Positions 41,309-50,929 are shown, numbered from the stretch's first letter. The stretch is 64,000 bases of DNA from an uncultured Pseudomonadota bacterium (GCA_963836235.1 CAWIIP010000001.1:512175-576174); one strand, 5' to 3'. The notes: a model not told the origin generated them from the letters alone. A program made the numbers and translations.

Positions 41309-42158
41309 TTTCGGCCTTTCCCAAATCCAACTCGTGTTTTAATTCGAGGTTCTGGTAAATTCGGTGTTTAACATCCACGCAATTAAAATATTTTCGGGCT
41401 GGGCCGAGAAGCGTTTCCGTAAGGCCCAGCACGAGAAATCCTCCAGGTTTTAGCGCCTTTGAAAACCGTTCATAAATTTTTTGTTGCTGGTTTCCGGTGA
41501 GGTATATCAGAAGATTTCGACAGAAAATAAGATCAAAATCCTCAAACACGGGCATCCACTTTCCGAGCAAGTCATGCACTCTAAACCGGACATGCTTTTT
41601 TAACTCAACGGAAACAGAGAGTTTCGTCCCATCGGAACGGAACCACCTGGTCTTCCATCCCTTGGGAATCTTTGACATGGAGTCCTGGGAATATTCCCCT
41701 CTTTCAGCGACACCAATGCATTTGGGATCAATGTCGGTGGCAAAAATTTCGAAAGAACAATCATGTTCCGAAGAAAGGGATTCCGCCAAAATCCCCGCGA
41801 TCGAATAGGGCTCCTCACCCGTGCTGCAACCAGCGCACCAAATTTTAATTTTTTTAGGCGGCACTTTTAAAATGCTCAGAAGTATCTTCTCTTGAACTGC
41901 TTTGAAAACACCCGGATCACGAAAAAATTCAGTCACGTGAATGGTAAGCCGATCCAAAAGCTGGGAACACTCTTGTGGATTGCCTTGAAGCGTTTTCAAA
42001 TAACCCGTATAAGTCGATACGTCCATCGCCCTCATTCGAACAGCGATGCGGCGTTTAATATAATTCGTTTTATAGTGGTTTCCGTCAAAACCTTTCGAAT
42101 TAAAAAGAAAAGCCAATATTTTTTGAAAACTAGGATCTTCCTCTATCATCACAGTCAT
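41301..42158 (-). CDS. cheR: Chemotaxis methyltransferase CheR
   Basis: TEFFRD, IWCAGCSTGEEPYS, ATDID, FDLIFCRNLLIY. Confidence 0.96.
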   Translation of the reverse strand: MTVMIEEDPSFQKILAFLFNSKGFDGNHYKTNYIKRRIAVRMRAMDVSTYTGYLKTLQGNPQECSQLLDRLTIHVTEFFRDPGVFKAVQEKILLSILKVPPKKIKIWCAGCSTGEEPYSIAGILAESLSSEHDCSFEIFATDIDPKCIGVAERGEYSQDSMSKIPKGWKTRWFRSDGTKLSVSVELKKHVRFRVHDLLGKWMPVFEDFDLIFCRNLLIYLTGNQQQKIYERFSKALKPGGFLVLGLTETLLGPARKYFNCVDVKHRIYQNLELKHELDLGKAENG

Positions 42159-42188
42159 TAGAGTTTCCTCTTGGAGTCAGAAGGCCTC

Positions 42189-43265
42189 CTACGGTTGGTA
42201 AACAGCCTCAAAACTTTTTTCGATGGATTCATTGTTACTAACAATTTGCGCCGTTGAATAATTAAGCCCCGCAAAAATGACTTGGGCGACACCGCGCAGG
42301 GCGTGAAGCGGCTCTTCCATTGCCCCCGTGCTGGTAATTTCCCGAACTTCAAATTTTTGTCCCTCCACAACACCCGCTTTTGTGCCGGCAGAAAGATAAA
42401 TGAAATCGGTTTGTTCATAATTCTGGTGACTCGAATCGCCCCCAAGAACAAAACATTTAATCGAATGGGAAGGAAGCTCTTTTTTTATTTGAGCCTGTTT
42501 CCATCTTTTAGTTTCATTGTCATACGTCTCTACGCGGTCACCATTGTGGATAGCGCCAAAGGATTGGGTTATTTCAACAAGCATTCGTCTCCTTTGGAGT
42601 TCAATCACCTTGATGATGGCAAGATTTTCGACCCGATATCCAAGAGTTGCGGAATTCGTCTCGTGCATAGGGCGATCCGCTCGATAAACGACCAATAAGT
42701 CGCCGGGTTCGATTTTCGTCTGATCCGACGACAGCTCAATGTAGGTTCTCTCAGGAGAGGTGAAAAGTTGCTCATTACCGGGGTTCCCGATCACTTTACC
42801 AATGGAGTGAATCTGGGAAGGATCCGAGACCAAAAAACCAGCCGAAACAAAATAATAAAACCCTACTTTGTCGCTGATTCGAACCCTTTGACGAGAAGTT
42901 TCAATCGGATTTTTTCGCAAATCACTTTTTGTTTGACTTTCCTCGGGAAGAGTTGAAGAGGTAGGCGTCGCCAAAGGCGCTTTTTTTACCGTTTGGGTCG
43001 GACTCATTTGTGGAGTTGGTGAAGGAAAGGGCGAAGCCTTATCGCTTGCTTCGGCTTTCTCAAGATTCCCTTTCATCGTTTGGTTGTTTTGGGGAGTCGC
43101 CTGAGGTGTTACCGTTTTTGACACCGGAGTGGCTACCAAGGAAATGTCGTCATCCTCGTTTTCCACTTCAACTGTCGTCGCCCACAAACGGCCTCCGGTC
43201 GCCAACACAAAAATGGCCACCAGGAATACAAAAGGGGATGTTGCACATCGAAGCTTAATGGGCAT
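42189..43265 (-). CDS. Periplasmic TsaP-like protein (two FlgT-C-like beta domains, no LysM)
   Basis: Signal peptide, Thr/Pro-rich linker, then GFL..IGKVIG..YIEL..GDLLVVYR..LGY..IKVI..ITQSFGAIHNGDRV and IYLSAG..GVVEGQKFEV..STAQIV. Confidence 0.6.
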   Translation of the reverse strand: MPIKLRCATSPFVFLVAIFVLATGGRLWATTVEVENEDDDISLVATPVSKTVTPQATPQNNQTMKGNLEKAEASDKASPFPSPTPQMSPTQTVKKAPLATPTSSTLPEESQTKSDLRKNPIETSRQRVRISDKVGFYYFVSAGFLVSDPSQIHSIGKVIGNPGNEQLFTSPERTYIELSSDQTKIEPGDLLVVYRADRPMHETNSATLGYRVENLAIIKVIELQRRRMLVEITQSFGAIHNGDRVETYDNETKRWKQAQIKKELPSHSIKCFVLGGDSSHQNYEQTDFIYLSAGTKAGVVEGQKFEVREITSTGAMEEPLHALRGVAQVIFAGLNYSTAQIVSNNESIEKSFEAVYQP

Positions 43266-43662
43266 AATTCACCTCATCATAAAGTTGTTTTGCTTTAGCC
43301 TGCCACTCTTCTTGACTCGAATATTGATCCATAATGATATCCAAATAAGGAAGCGCTTGTTTTTTAATCCCCACAATATAAGTTCCATTCGCCAAGTTAG
43401 AAGCCACATGATAAAGCGCGGGCGCGCACAAATCCGCCCTTTCCGGATATTGCTGGTACAACTGTAAATAAACAGCCGATGCCTTATCGTCACTCCCGAG
43501 TAAATCGCACCACCGAGCCGTATCATAAAGGACATCGGGAGCGCTGGGATCCTTTGGATTGGCCGCTACCCAAGACGTAAACTGATCCGCGACCATCGAA
43601 GTGTTCAAAACAACGATAAATATCAAAATTAATAAACCAGCCCCAATCATCAAGCCTTTCAT
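43255..43662 (-). CDS. Small membrane-anchored TPR-like protein
   Basis: N-terminal TM, APDVLYDTARW, LYQQYP, ALYHVA helical repeats. Confidence 0.6.
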   Translation of the reverse strand: MKGLMIGAGLLILIFIVVLNTSMVADQFTSWVAANPKDPSAPDVLYDTARWCDLLGSDDKASAVYLQLYQQYPERADLCAPALYHVASNLANGTYIVGIKKQALPYLDIIMDQYSSQEEWQAKAKQLYDEVNYAH

Positions 43663-43697
43663 TTTTTCCCCTTTTTAAATCAAAAACAATTATGCGA

Positions 43698-46001
43698 TCA
43701 ACTTATTTTCGAGAATATCCCGCTCAAAGTATTTTTTTTAATCTTCGCCTCTTCGATGCGCTTTTGCGCCCTTTCATTCGACGGTTCCAAGTCCAGAATC
43801 TGGGTCCAAATTCGGACGGCTCGGTCCATGTCATTCGCGTCGAAATATTGTTTGCCCTCAGCGTAAATTTTTTCAATGTTTTGATTGATGGACGCCTTCA
43901 ATACCGCCAATTGCTTAAGGGCATCCGGATGGCCAGGAGAAAGCCGGATGACTTTCGTAAACTCCTTTTGGGCCGCCGCCAACTCTCCCGATTGTTGGGC
44001 TCGCACTCCGTCTTGGAAAAAATCACTGATCTGCTGTTCCAACATTTGGCCCGACTTTTGAAGATAAGCGTTTAAGTAGGTATTTCCATCGGCCTTCGCG
44101 ATGGCTTTCTTGAAAAAATCAATGGCCGTTTGGAAATCGCTGCGGACATAACTACGGACGCCTTGTTCAAAGAGATTTAAAATCAGTTGTTTTTCCGGAT
44201 TAATATCCACCCCATCCACGCCGAAAGACAAAAGTTTCGTGATTCCCTGTTGCAGATAACGGGCGACATCCTCCAATTCGGAATTGAGTTCGTAGGCTTT
44301 ATTCCAAGCCACCAAGGCACCCAGCAAATCTCCCGCTTTATATAGCTCAATGGCCGACTGGTTGAGGGTATCGGCCTTGGCGCGGGCCTGTTCTTTTTGA
44401 ACGGCTGTTTTCAGGCCCCCCTGCAAAACCTTGACCTGTTCATTTTCCGGGTCCAAGACCAGCGCTTGGTCCACGAAAGATAAGGCACCGGCCAAGTCAT
44501 TTTGATTTTGGGCGTTCAAAGCCGCTTGATAAAATTCCCTGGCTTTGGTCCGGTTGTCCAGCTCCCCCTGAATGGCCTTGATATAGCCTTGGGCCTGCTT
44601 GTTTTCCGGGTCAATTTCGAGGACCTTTTGAAACTCAAGTATCGCCGCCTGATGCTTGCCTTCCCGGTAAAGTTGCAAACCCGTTTTGACGTTGCTCGAC
44701 GCGTCTTTTTTCTTTTCGGTCTTATCATCCATCTCCCGCAACTTGGCCATTAAAGCGTTGGCTTCCTTATGTTCCGGCATTTCCGAAAGCACGCGCTTCA
44801 GTTCTCCCCGGGCTTCATCGTACCGGCGTTTGTCATAGTACTCCTGCGCCTTTTTGAGCCAACCGGTAACCCGGTCTTTTTGCTGGGCGTTTTCCATTTG
44901 GGAAATCAAGGACTGGGCCGAGGCTTTCGAGGAAGATATCCCCTTCAGGCCCAAATCAATTTCACTGGGTGAGGTAGCCTGCTCCATGGCGCTTTCTTTG
45001 GTGATAAAACCGCCCCGCACCAACTCAATCAAGGATTGGTCGAAAGTTTGCATGCCATATTGGCTGTGGCCTTCCGCGATAAATTGGCGGATGGATGAAA
45101 TTTTGCCCTCGGCGATCAAGGACTTGATGGTCTGGGTCACGATCATGATTTCACAGGCCGGTACCACCCCAACGCCGTCGGCTTTATTGACCAATCTTTG
45201 GGAAACAACCGCCCTCAAAGTGCCCGACAATTGGACACGAATTTGATTTTGTTGTTCCGGGGGGAAAAAATCCAAAATGCGCTCAATGGTCTGGATCGTG
45301 TCCATCGTGTGAAGGGTCGACAAAACCAAATGGCCCGTTTCCGCGGCTGAGATGGCCGCTTGAACCGTTTCGACGTCGCGCATCTCACCGATCAGGATGA
45401 TATCCGGGTCCTGCCGCAGCACATACTTGAGCGCCGATTTGAAACTGTCCGTATCAAGGCCGACTTCCCTCTGCGTCACGCTGGATTTTTTGTCCGGATG
45501 GACAAACTCAATGGGGTCCTCAACGGTGACAATGTGGGCCGCTCGGTTGACATTCATTTCATTGATGAGAGAGGCCAAAGTGGTTGATTTTCCCGACCCC
45601 GTAATCCCGGTCACCAGGATAAGTCCGCGTTGCTCCATCGCGATTTGTTTAAGAATTGCCGTCGGCATATTAATGTCTTCAATTTTCGGAATCCGCTGCG
45701 GGATGACGCGCATGATGATTTCGGGCAGGCCCCTTTGCCACATGGCGTTGGTCCTAAAACGGGCCAAGCCTTCCACGGCATAGGCCAAATCCACCTCTTT
45801 GTGCTCCTCAAAAAAGAGTCTCTGTTGTTTTTCGTCCATGAGATAGGAAGCGACCTCCGCCAGTTCTTGAGGTGTCAGGGGAGTTTCACTTTGGGGGTTT
45901 AAATCACCGTCAATACGAAAAAGCGGGGGGGCACCGGCCTTCAAGTGCACATCGGAGGCCTTTTTTTCAACCATGGAATAAAGGAGCTGCTGAAGATCCA
46001 T
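43698..46001 (-). CDS. pilT: PilT/PilU-family retraction ATPase fused to a ~400-aa C-terminal TPR array
   Basis: ASDVHL, Walker A GITGSGKST, TVEDPIE, LRQDPDIILIGEMRD, TGHLVLSTLH, GMQTFDQ; TPR repeats after residue ~375. Confidence 0.9.
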   Translation of the reverse strand: MDLQQLLYSMVEKKASDVHLKAGAPPLFRIDGDLNPQSETPLTPQELAEVASYLMDEKQQRLFFEEHKEVDLAYAVEGLARFRTNAMWQRGLPEIIMRVIPQRIPKIEDINMPTAILKQIAMEQRGLILVTGITGSGKSTTLASLINEMNVNRAAHIVTVEDPIEFVHPDKKSSVTQREVGLDTDSFKSALKYVLRQDPDIILIGEMRDVETVQAAISAAETGHLVLSTLHTMDTIQTIERILDFFPPEQQNQIRVQLSGTLRAVVSQRLVNKADGVGVVPACEIMIVTQTIKSLIAEGKISSIRQFIAEGHSQYGMQTFDQSLIELVRGGFITKESAMEQATSPSEIDLGLKGISSSKASAQSLISQMENAQQKDRVTGWLKKAQEYYDKRRYDEARGELKRVLSEMPEHKEANALMAKLREMDDKTEKKKDASSNVKTGLQLYREGKHQAAILEFQKVLEIDPENKQAQGYIKAIQGELDNRTKAREFYQAALNAQNQNDLAGALSFVDQALVLDPENEQVKVLQGGLKTAVQKEQARAKADTLNQSAIELYKAGDLLGALVAWNKAYELNSELEDVARYLQQGITKLLSFGVDGVDINPEKQLILNLFEQGVRSYVRSDFQTAIDFFKKAIAKADGNTYLNAYLQKSGQMLEQQISDFFQDGVRAQQSGELAAAQKEFTKVIRLSPGHPDALKQLAVLKASINQNIEKIYAEGKQYFDANDMDRAVRIWTQILDLEPSNERAQKRIEEAKIKKNTLSGIFSKIS

Positions 46002-46094
46002 TCCATCTCCCAGAGAGCGTTTAAAAGCGTTGAAACAACATGCTTATTATACAATTTGAATCGTGGAAAAACCCAATAATTTATGGTTTTCCCG

Positions 46095-47816
46095 TCAAAA
46101 ATGCTGGGAAAGATAATAACGGTAAATATCGGCGCTGGAAGGGTCTAAGCCCCGCTTTTCCCGATAGTCCCACCCGCGAAGTCTTTGATCCCCAAGGATT
46201 TGAATAATTGGTCCGTTCTTTTGCCTAGAAAGTGATCCCTGTGATTCCCAAACCTTGGTCAAACCCTTTGTCACCCACTTTCCCGGCATTTGGTCCAAGG
46301 CCGGTTCAAGATCTTTCATTGAGAACGAATAATAAAGAGGATGTGAAAGAGGAAATTTCGTCAGGAAATTGAGGCGGTCTTGAAATAAGCTCGAAACAGA
46401 GCCGGCCTTCTCCAAATCTTTCGATTGATCCGCCAGTTGTTTCCATCCCCAGCCATGAAGAAGAAAAACGGAAGGCTCGAAAATCAAATCCGGCCTTTTT
46501 CCATTCACGTATTTTTCATACCAGATGGGCATGACATAGTGGTCCCCTTCCGCCAGGAGGATCGCCCCTCGAGGCAAAGGTTTCAGGACGTTTTCACCGA
46601 AATCCTCCGCTAAAAAGTAACCGCTTTTGTCCTCGGTTTGAAAAATATGGAGGAGCCATCCGATTGAACCGAGGAGGAAGAACAGAACCATTGCCCAGCG
46701 GACCCCTTGGCTCCCTGCCCCAGCCAAAAGATACCGAAATCCCAAAAAACCAAAGATCACCATCAGCCCGGCCAATGGCAAGAGATAAGCATGCATCAAA
46801 TAAATATTTTTTTGTTCGTGAATCGCCAAAATCCCGGCCAAAACCGGCGCGGACAGGAGAAATAACGACATGAATATTTTCTTTTCGTCTCTCCACAACC
46901 GCCACATTCCCATCACCACTAAAAAAATAAAACCAGGAAGCCAGTAAAAACATAAAACTTTCGACATTTCCAAAATCGAGTCGAAATAAAAGGAAAGATT
47001 TTGTACCCAGGGTTCAAGTCCCGCGACCAACTGCCGGGAAAGAACCCAGTAGAAAAGACGCGGATGAATGGGATAACCCCAAGAAGGCAGGCAGTTCAAA
47101 ACCGCCCTCAAGGGCAAATATAAATAGGTCGATAGCCCGATCAGGACCATCGTGGCGAGAAAAAGGATTCTGCGGCTCGGAAGCTCCGGCTTTTTTTCGT
47201 AAATCCAAAGCAAGAGGAAAGGAATCCATAAAGCCAGTGTTTGCCAATGGTTCCCCATTCCGACAGCCCATAAAAAAATCGAAAGAAACAAAAATTTTAA
47301 CCCAGGCCCGCGAATATCGAGCAGGCGCAATAAAACAACCCCGCAAGTAAGCGATAAAGTTAATGTATAAATACAGCCTTTCGCCGTAAGGCTCTGGGCA
47401 AAAACGCTTCGGCAGGAAACCAAAACGATTCCAACGATGACTAAAAGCAAATATTCAATTTTCAATCCCAAGTGACTCGCCGGGTGACCCACGGCTATTT
47501 TTCGGCATGTTTCTAAAACAATCCCTAGGGAAACCAAGACTAATAATTCGGACAGGAGATTCAGCCGGAAAGCCACCGTTCCCACCGGCAGCCAGCAAAA
47601 CAAATGCCCCAATAGATTAAAGAGCGGGTAGGCGGGGGGATGGGGAAGGCCCAAACCATAAGCCGAAGCGGCCATTTCCCCGCTGTCATCGGACATTAAT
47701 CCGGGATTTTGGGCCAACAACAGAATTTCCCACATAGACAGAAAAAAGAAAAGGCCGGCCCCTGGAACAAAAAAATGGCGGGATTTATCCTCTCCGCTTC
47801 TTCCCATCAATTCCAT
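46095..47816 (-). CDS. DUF2723 (TMEM260-like) membrane glycosyltransferase
   Basis: DDSGE..GLPHPPAYPL, VAFRLN, GNH, YLYLPLRA, many TM segments. Confidence 0.85.
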   Translation of the reverse strand: MELMGRSGEDKSRHFFVPGAGLFFFLSMWEILLLAQNPGLMSDDSGEMAASAYGLGLPHPPAYPLFNLLGHLFCWLPVGTVAFRLNLLSELLVLVSLGIVLETCRKIAVGHPASHLGLKIEYLLLVIVGIVLVSCRSVFAQSLTAKGCIYTLTLSLTCGVVLLRLLDIRGPGLKFLFLSIFLWAVGMGNHWQTLALWIPFLLLWIYEKKPELPSRRILFLATMVLIGLSTYLYLPLRAVLNCLPSWGYPIHPRLFYWVLSRQLVAGLEPWVQNLSFYFDSILEMSKVLCFYWLPGFIFLVVMGMWRLWRDEKKIFMSLFLLSAPVLAGILAIHEQKNIYLMHAYLLPLAGLMVIFGFLGFRYLLAGAGSQGVRWAMVLFFLLGSIGWLLHIFQTEDKSGYFLAEDFGENVLKPLPRGAILLAEGDHYVMPIWYEKYVNGKRPDLIFEPSVFLLHGWGWKQLADQSKDLEKAGSVSSLFQDRLNFLTKFPLSHPLYYSFSMKDLEPALDQMPGKWVTKGLTKVWESQGSLSRQKNGPIIQILGDQRLRGWDYREKRGLDPSSADIYRYYLSQHF

Positions 47817-47838
47817 TTTTCTCTCCGCACGGCGGGCC

Positions 47839-50187
47839 TCACCGGTTGTTCAGTAATTTCCAATACTCTTCTTGCGCCTCTTTATTCTCGGGATCAACCA
47901 CCATCGCGGCGTGAAAAGCCTCCTGCGCCCTGATCCGGTTCCCCATTTGCTTCATGAGATGGCCCAAGGTTAATTGGGCCTCCAATTGCTGTGGATTATT
48001 CTTGAGGGAGGCCTCTAAAAGCGTTTTGGATTCCAGGGACTGCCCTTCCTTATCATAAATTTTTGACAATTGATATTGGGCGTTGGCCAATTCGGAATTC
48101 AATTGAATCATTTGGTCTAACAGCGCCACGGTTTTGGGGTCGCTTTTCGTTTTTTGCGCCTCTTCTATATCCCGCATCAAATCGGCGATTTTTTCAGGCT
48201 GAACCTTGATAATCTTCTCAAATTCCAATTGGGCGGCTTCCAATATATTCTTTTGGGAATAGATTTGAGCCAGCAAAGTTTGAGGCTCTTGAAAAGAAGG
48301 GTCCAGTTTTAGCGACCGGTCAAAGGCGTGGATCGAATCGGAATAGCGGCCCAGCCCCATCAAATACTTCCCCAGCTCGTCGAAACCCGCCACGTAACGC
48401 GCGTAATATTTTCTCGTCATTTCATCCCTGGCCGGCCCCTCCGCCGGCATGGCGGCCAGGTCATAGCGGTATTGGGCGAGCTCGGGATCAATGGAGGCCT
48501 GGGTGAATTCCTGCGTTAAAACCGTCGGGAAAGCCGCCGGCCCTTTCCATCCATTGGGCAAGGCCGAAAGGTCCCAGTGAATGTCCCAACTGCCGCTATT
48601 GTCGTGGATCAGGCCCAAAAGGATCTCGTCCGGGCTTTCGAACACATTGGAAAAAAGAACACCCGGCTCCCGCGCCATGACCTGCGTGACATACCACTTC
48701 CGGTTCAAATATTTCTGGTCGAGGATCACGCTCTTGAGGGCGGCCGGTTCCATCAGCCGGGTTTCCACGCAAGCCACCGCCTCAAAGGGGTCCCGGCAGA
48801 CTAAAAGTGATTTATCGCCGAGAGCTTGAAGCAGATTCAAGGCATGTTGGTAGGGGAAATAAAATTGGCTTCTCCAATAGCTTTGGCCTGGGATGAAGAT
48901 AAGCCCGAGGCTCAGGAGCAGGCCCGCCGAACCCAGCCACGCAAAAGGGGTCCCCGAAAAAAAAATGGAGTGGCGTTTTTCCACGCCCTTTTCCATCAGT
49001 TTTAAGAGCGTCACGCCCCATCCCGTGAGGAACCATAAAATCGTGGGCCCCAACAATTCGGATGAAGCCGAATAAAAGAGCCATCCACCGGCGCCCGCCA
49101 AAACCCAGACCCAAAATCCAACGACGGAAAAACGAAATTTGCCTCCCGCTTTCCATCCCAAAGCGTTCAAAAGTAAAACCAGGAGGGTCAAACAGCCCAA
49201 AGCAAAGGCGATCCACCCCATGGCTTGGAGCGCGGGCAAAGGAATCCAATCTTCCGTCAAATGGGTCAGCCAAAGGCTTTTCCATTGCCTCCACATTTCC
49301 AAAAAGGGCTCTTGACCGCCCCAGGAGGGGAAAAATTTCCCCCTTCGAAACCAAACCCAAAGATAGGGCGTTACTCCCAGGAAGAAGGGAAAGATATTTC
49401 TTTTAAGCCTTTTCCCCTCGAAGTCCAGCGAGCCCAGATGGTTCACCGTCCCCACCAATCCCCAAAGCGGATGGACCGACCAAAGAAGGCCCAGAAGAAA
49501 ACACAGGCCTTTCCAGGGCCTCTCCTCGGTCTTCAAAAGAAGGGCCTGAAAAAGGAAAAGCAAAAAACCCAAAACACTCGGAATCCCCGACCCCATGGTT
49601 CCGGCGTTCCAGAAAGGCGCGCTCGCCCCCAGGGCCAAACAAATCAGGAAAGCGAAAAAAAGATTTCGAAGGGTTTTGCTTTTCAACTCCCCAAAATAAA
49701 CCTGCAGGATAAAAAACAGGGCGATCGATAGGAGTCCCGCGGAAAGTTCCGGCAGAAATGAAAATCGCAGCCAGGGCATCAGAAAGCCCGCCCCCTCCCC
49801 CAAGAGATAACTTAAGGGAGACCAAAAGGGTTCGGTGACGGCTCCGGCCTGGACCGACAGCCAGAAAGCGGGGTCATGGCCCCAGTAAAAGGAGGGGAGC
49901 CTTGAATAGGAATAAAGGGCGAGTCCGCATAAACCGGCCAGCAGCCCCATCCCGAAAGACAGGAAAGACCCGTTGAAAACCCGTAAGATTCCCCAAACCA
50001 ATCCAAAAAGAACGAGCGACCCGAGGATAAAAAGGGCCCCTTTCCCCATTTGTTCCCGGGAAAAGAGGTACCAGCCCCAAATCCCCAAACCCGTTCCCGC
50101 CCAAAGAAACAATCTTCGAAAATCTTTACGGCGGGCTTCCCAGGCGATGGAGTTCTCTTCGGCGGCTAAAGCCTCAATGTTCCGCAT
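47839..50187 (-). CDS. Divergent DUF2723-like membrane protein with C-terminal TPRs
   Basis: Same layout as the neighbouring gene but motif reads WGHDPAF..VTEPFWSPL; TPR repeats in the last ~190 aa. Confidence 0.65.
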   Translation of the reverse strand: MRNIEALAAEENSIAWEARRKDFRRLFLWAGTGLGIWGWYLFSREQMGKGALFILGSLVLFGLVWGILRVFNGSFLSFGMGLLAGLCGLALYSYSRLPSFYWGHDPAFWLSVQAGAVTEPFWSPLSYLLGEGAGFLMPWLRFSFLPELSAGLLSIALFFILQVYFGELKSKTLRNLFFAFLICLALGASAPFWNAGTMGSGIPSVLGFLLFLFQALLLKTEERPWKGLCFLLGLLWSVHPLWGLVGTVNHLGSLDFEGKRLKRNIFPFFLGVTPYLWVWFRRGKFFPSWGGQEPFLEMWRQWKSLWLTHLTEDWIPLPALQAMGWIAFALGCLTLLVLLLNALGWKAGGKFRFSVVGFWVWVLAGAGGWLFYSASSELLGPTILWFLTGWGVTLLKLMEKGVEKRHSIFFSGTPFAWLGSAGLLLSLGLIFIPGQSYWRSQFYFPYQHALNLLQALGDKSLLVCRDPFEAVACVETRLMEPAALKSVILDQKYLNRKWYVTQVMAREPGVLFSNVFESPDEILLGLIHDNSGSWDIHWDLSALPNGWKGPAAFPTVLTQEFTQASIDPELAQYRYDLAAMPAEGPARDEMTRKYYARYVAGFDELGKYLMGLGRYSDSIHAFDRSLKLDPSFQEPQTLLAQIYSQKNILEAAQLEFEKIIKVQPEKIADLMRDIEEAQKTKSDPKTVALLDQMIQLNSELANAQYQLSKIYDKEGQSLESKTLLEASLKNNPQQLEAQLTLGHLMKQMGNRIRAQEAFHAAMVVDPENKEAQEEYWKLLNNR

Positions 50188-50929
50188 GTTGGTTTTGCCA
50201 AATCAAGGCCAGGCCCTTCAAGGTTAAATCCGGCTCAATCTGCCGGAACAAACCGGTCTTTTCAAAAACCGGGCACCAGCCTCCCGTCGCCACGGCGGGA
50301 GCCTTCTTTCCGATTTCCTCCCGGATCCGCAGTAACAACTCCCGGGTCGTGCCGACGGCCCCATGGTAAACGCCGGACCGCACCGCTTCCTCGGTTGTTT
50401 TTCCCACGGCAAAGCCAATCGGCTCAAACTTGACCACGGGAATTTTCGCCGTGAACTCGTGCAGGGCCCGCAAAGAAGTTCCGATCCCCGGCAAAATGGC
50501 CCCCCCGCAATAGGCCCCGCTGGGGTCCACCACGTCGAAGGTGGTCCCCGTGCCGAAATCCACCACGATGGCCGGCGCCCCGTAAAGCTCTCGGGCCGCC
50601 ACCGCGTTGGCCAGCCGGTCGGCGCCGACTTGGGAAGGCTTTTTGACTTTCACTTGGATGCCCAACTTACTTTTGTGGCCGATGAACAGGGGATTTTGCC
50701 CAAACTCTTTTCGAAGAGCCCCTCGAAGGCCCTTATCCACCCAAGGCACCACGCTGGCCACGATCACGCCTTCAACATTCGATTTTTTCCGGAGTCCCTG
50801 GGTCCACTTCAAATTAAACGACGCATTTCGAAAAGATTGGGTCGGGACAATATGCCTTTGAAGCACCTTCGTGCCCTTCATCAAGGCCGCCACGGCCCTC
50901 GTGTTGCCGATCAAAACCGCCCAAATCAT
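50174..50929 (-). CDS. coaX: Type III pantothenate kinase
   Basis: IGNT, ASVVP, VGADR, VVDFGTGTTFD, GGAILPG, ATGG, LTLKGL. Confidence 0.93.
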   Translation of the reverse strand: MIWAVLIGNTRAVAALMKGTKVLQRHIVPTQSFRNASFNLKWTQGLRKKSNVEGVIVASVVPWVDKGLRGALRKEFGQNPLFIGHKSKLGIQVKVKKPSQVGADRLANAVAARELYGAPAIVVDFGTGTTFDVVDPSGAYCGGAILPGIGTSLRALHEFTAKIPVVKFEPIGFAVGKTTEEAVRSGVYHGAVGTTRELLLRIREEIGKKAPAVATGGWCPVFEKTGLFRQIEPDLTLKGLALIWQNQHAEH

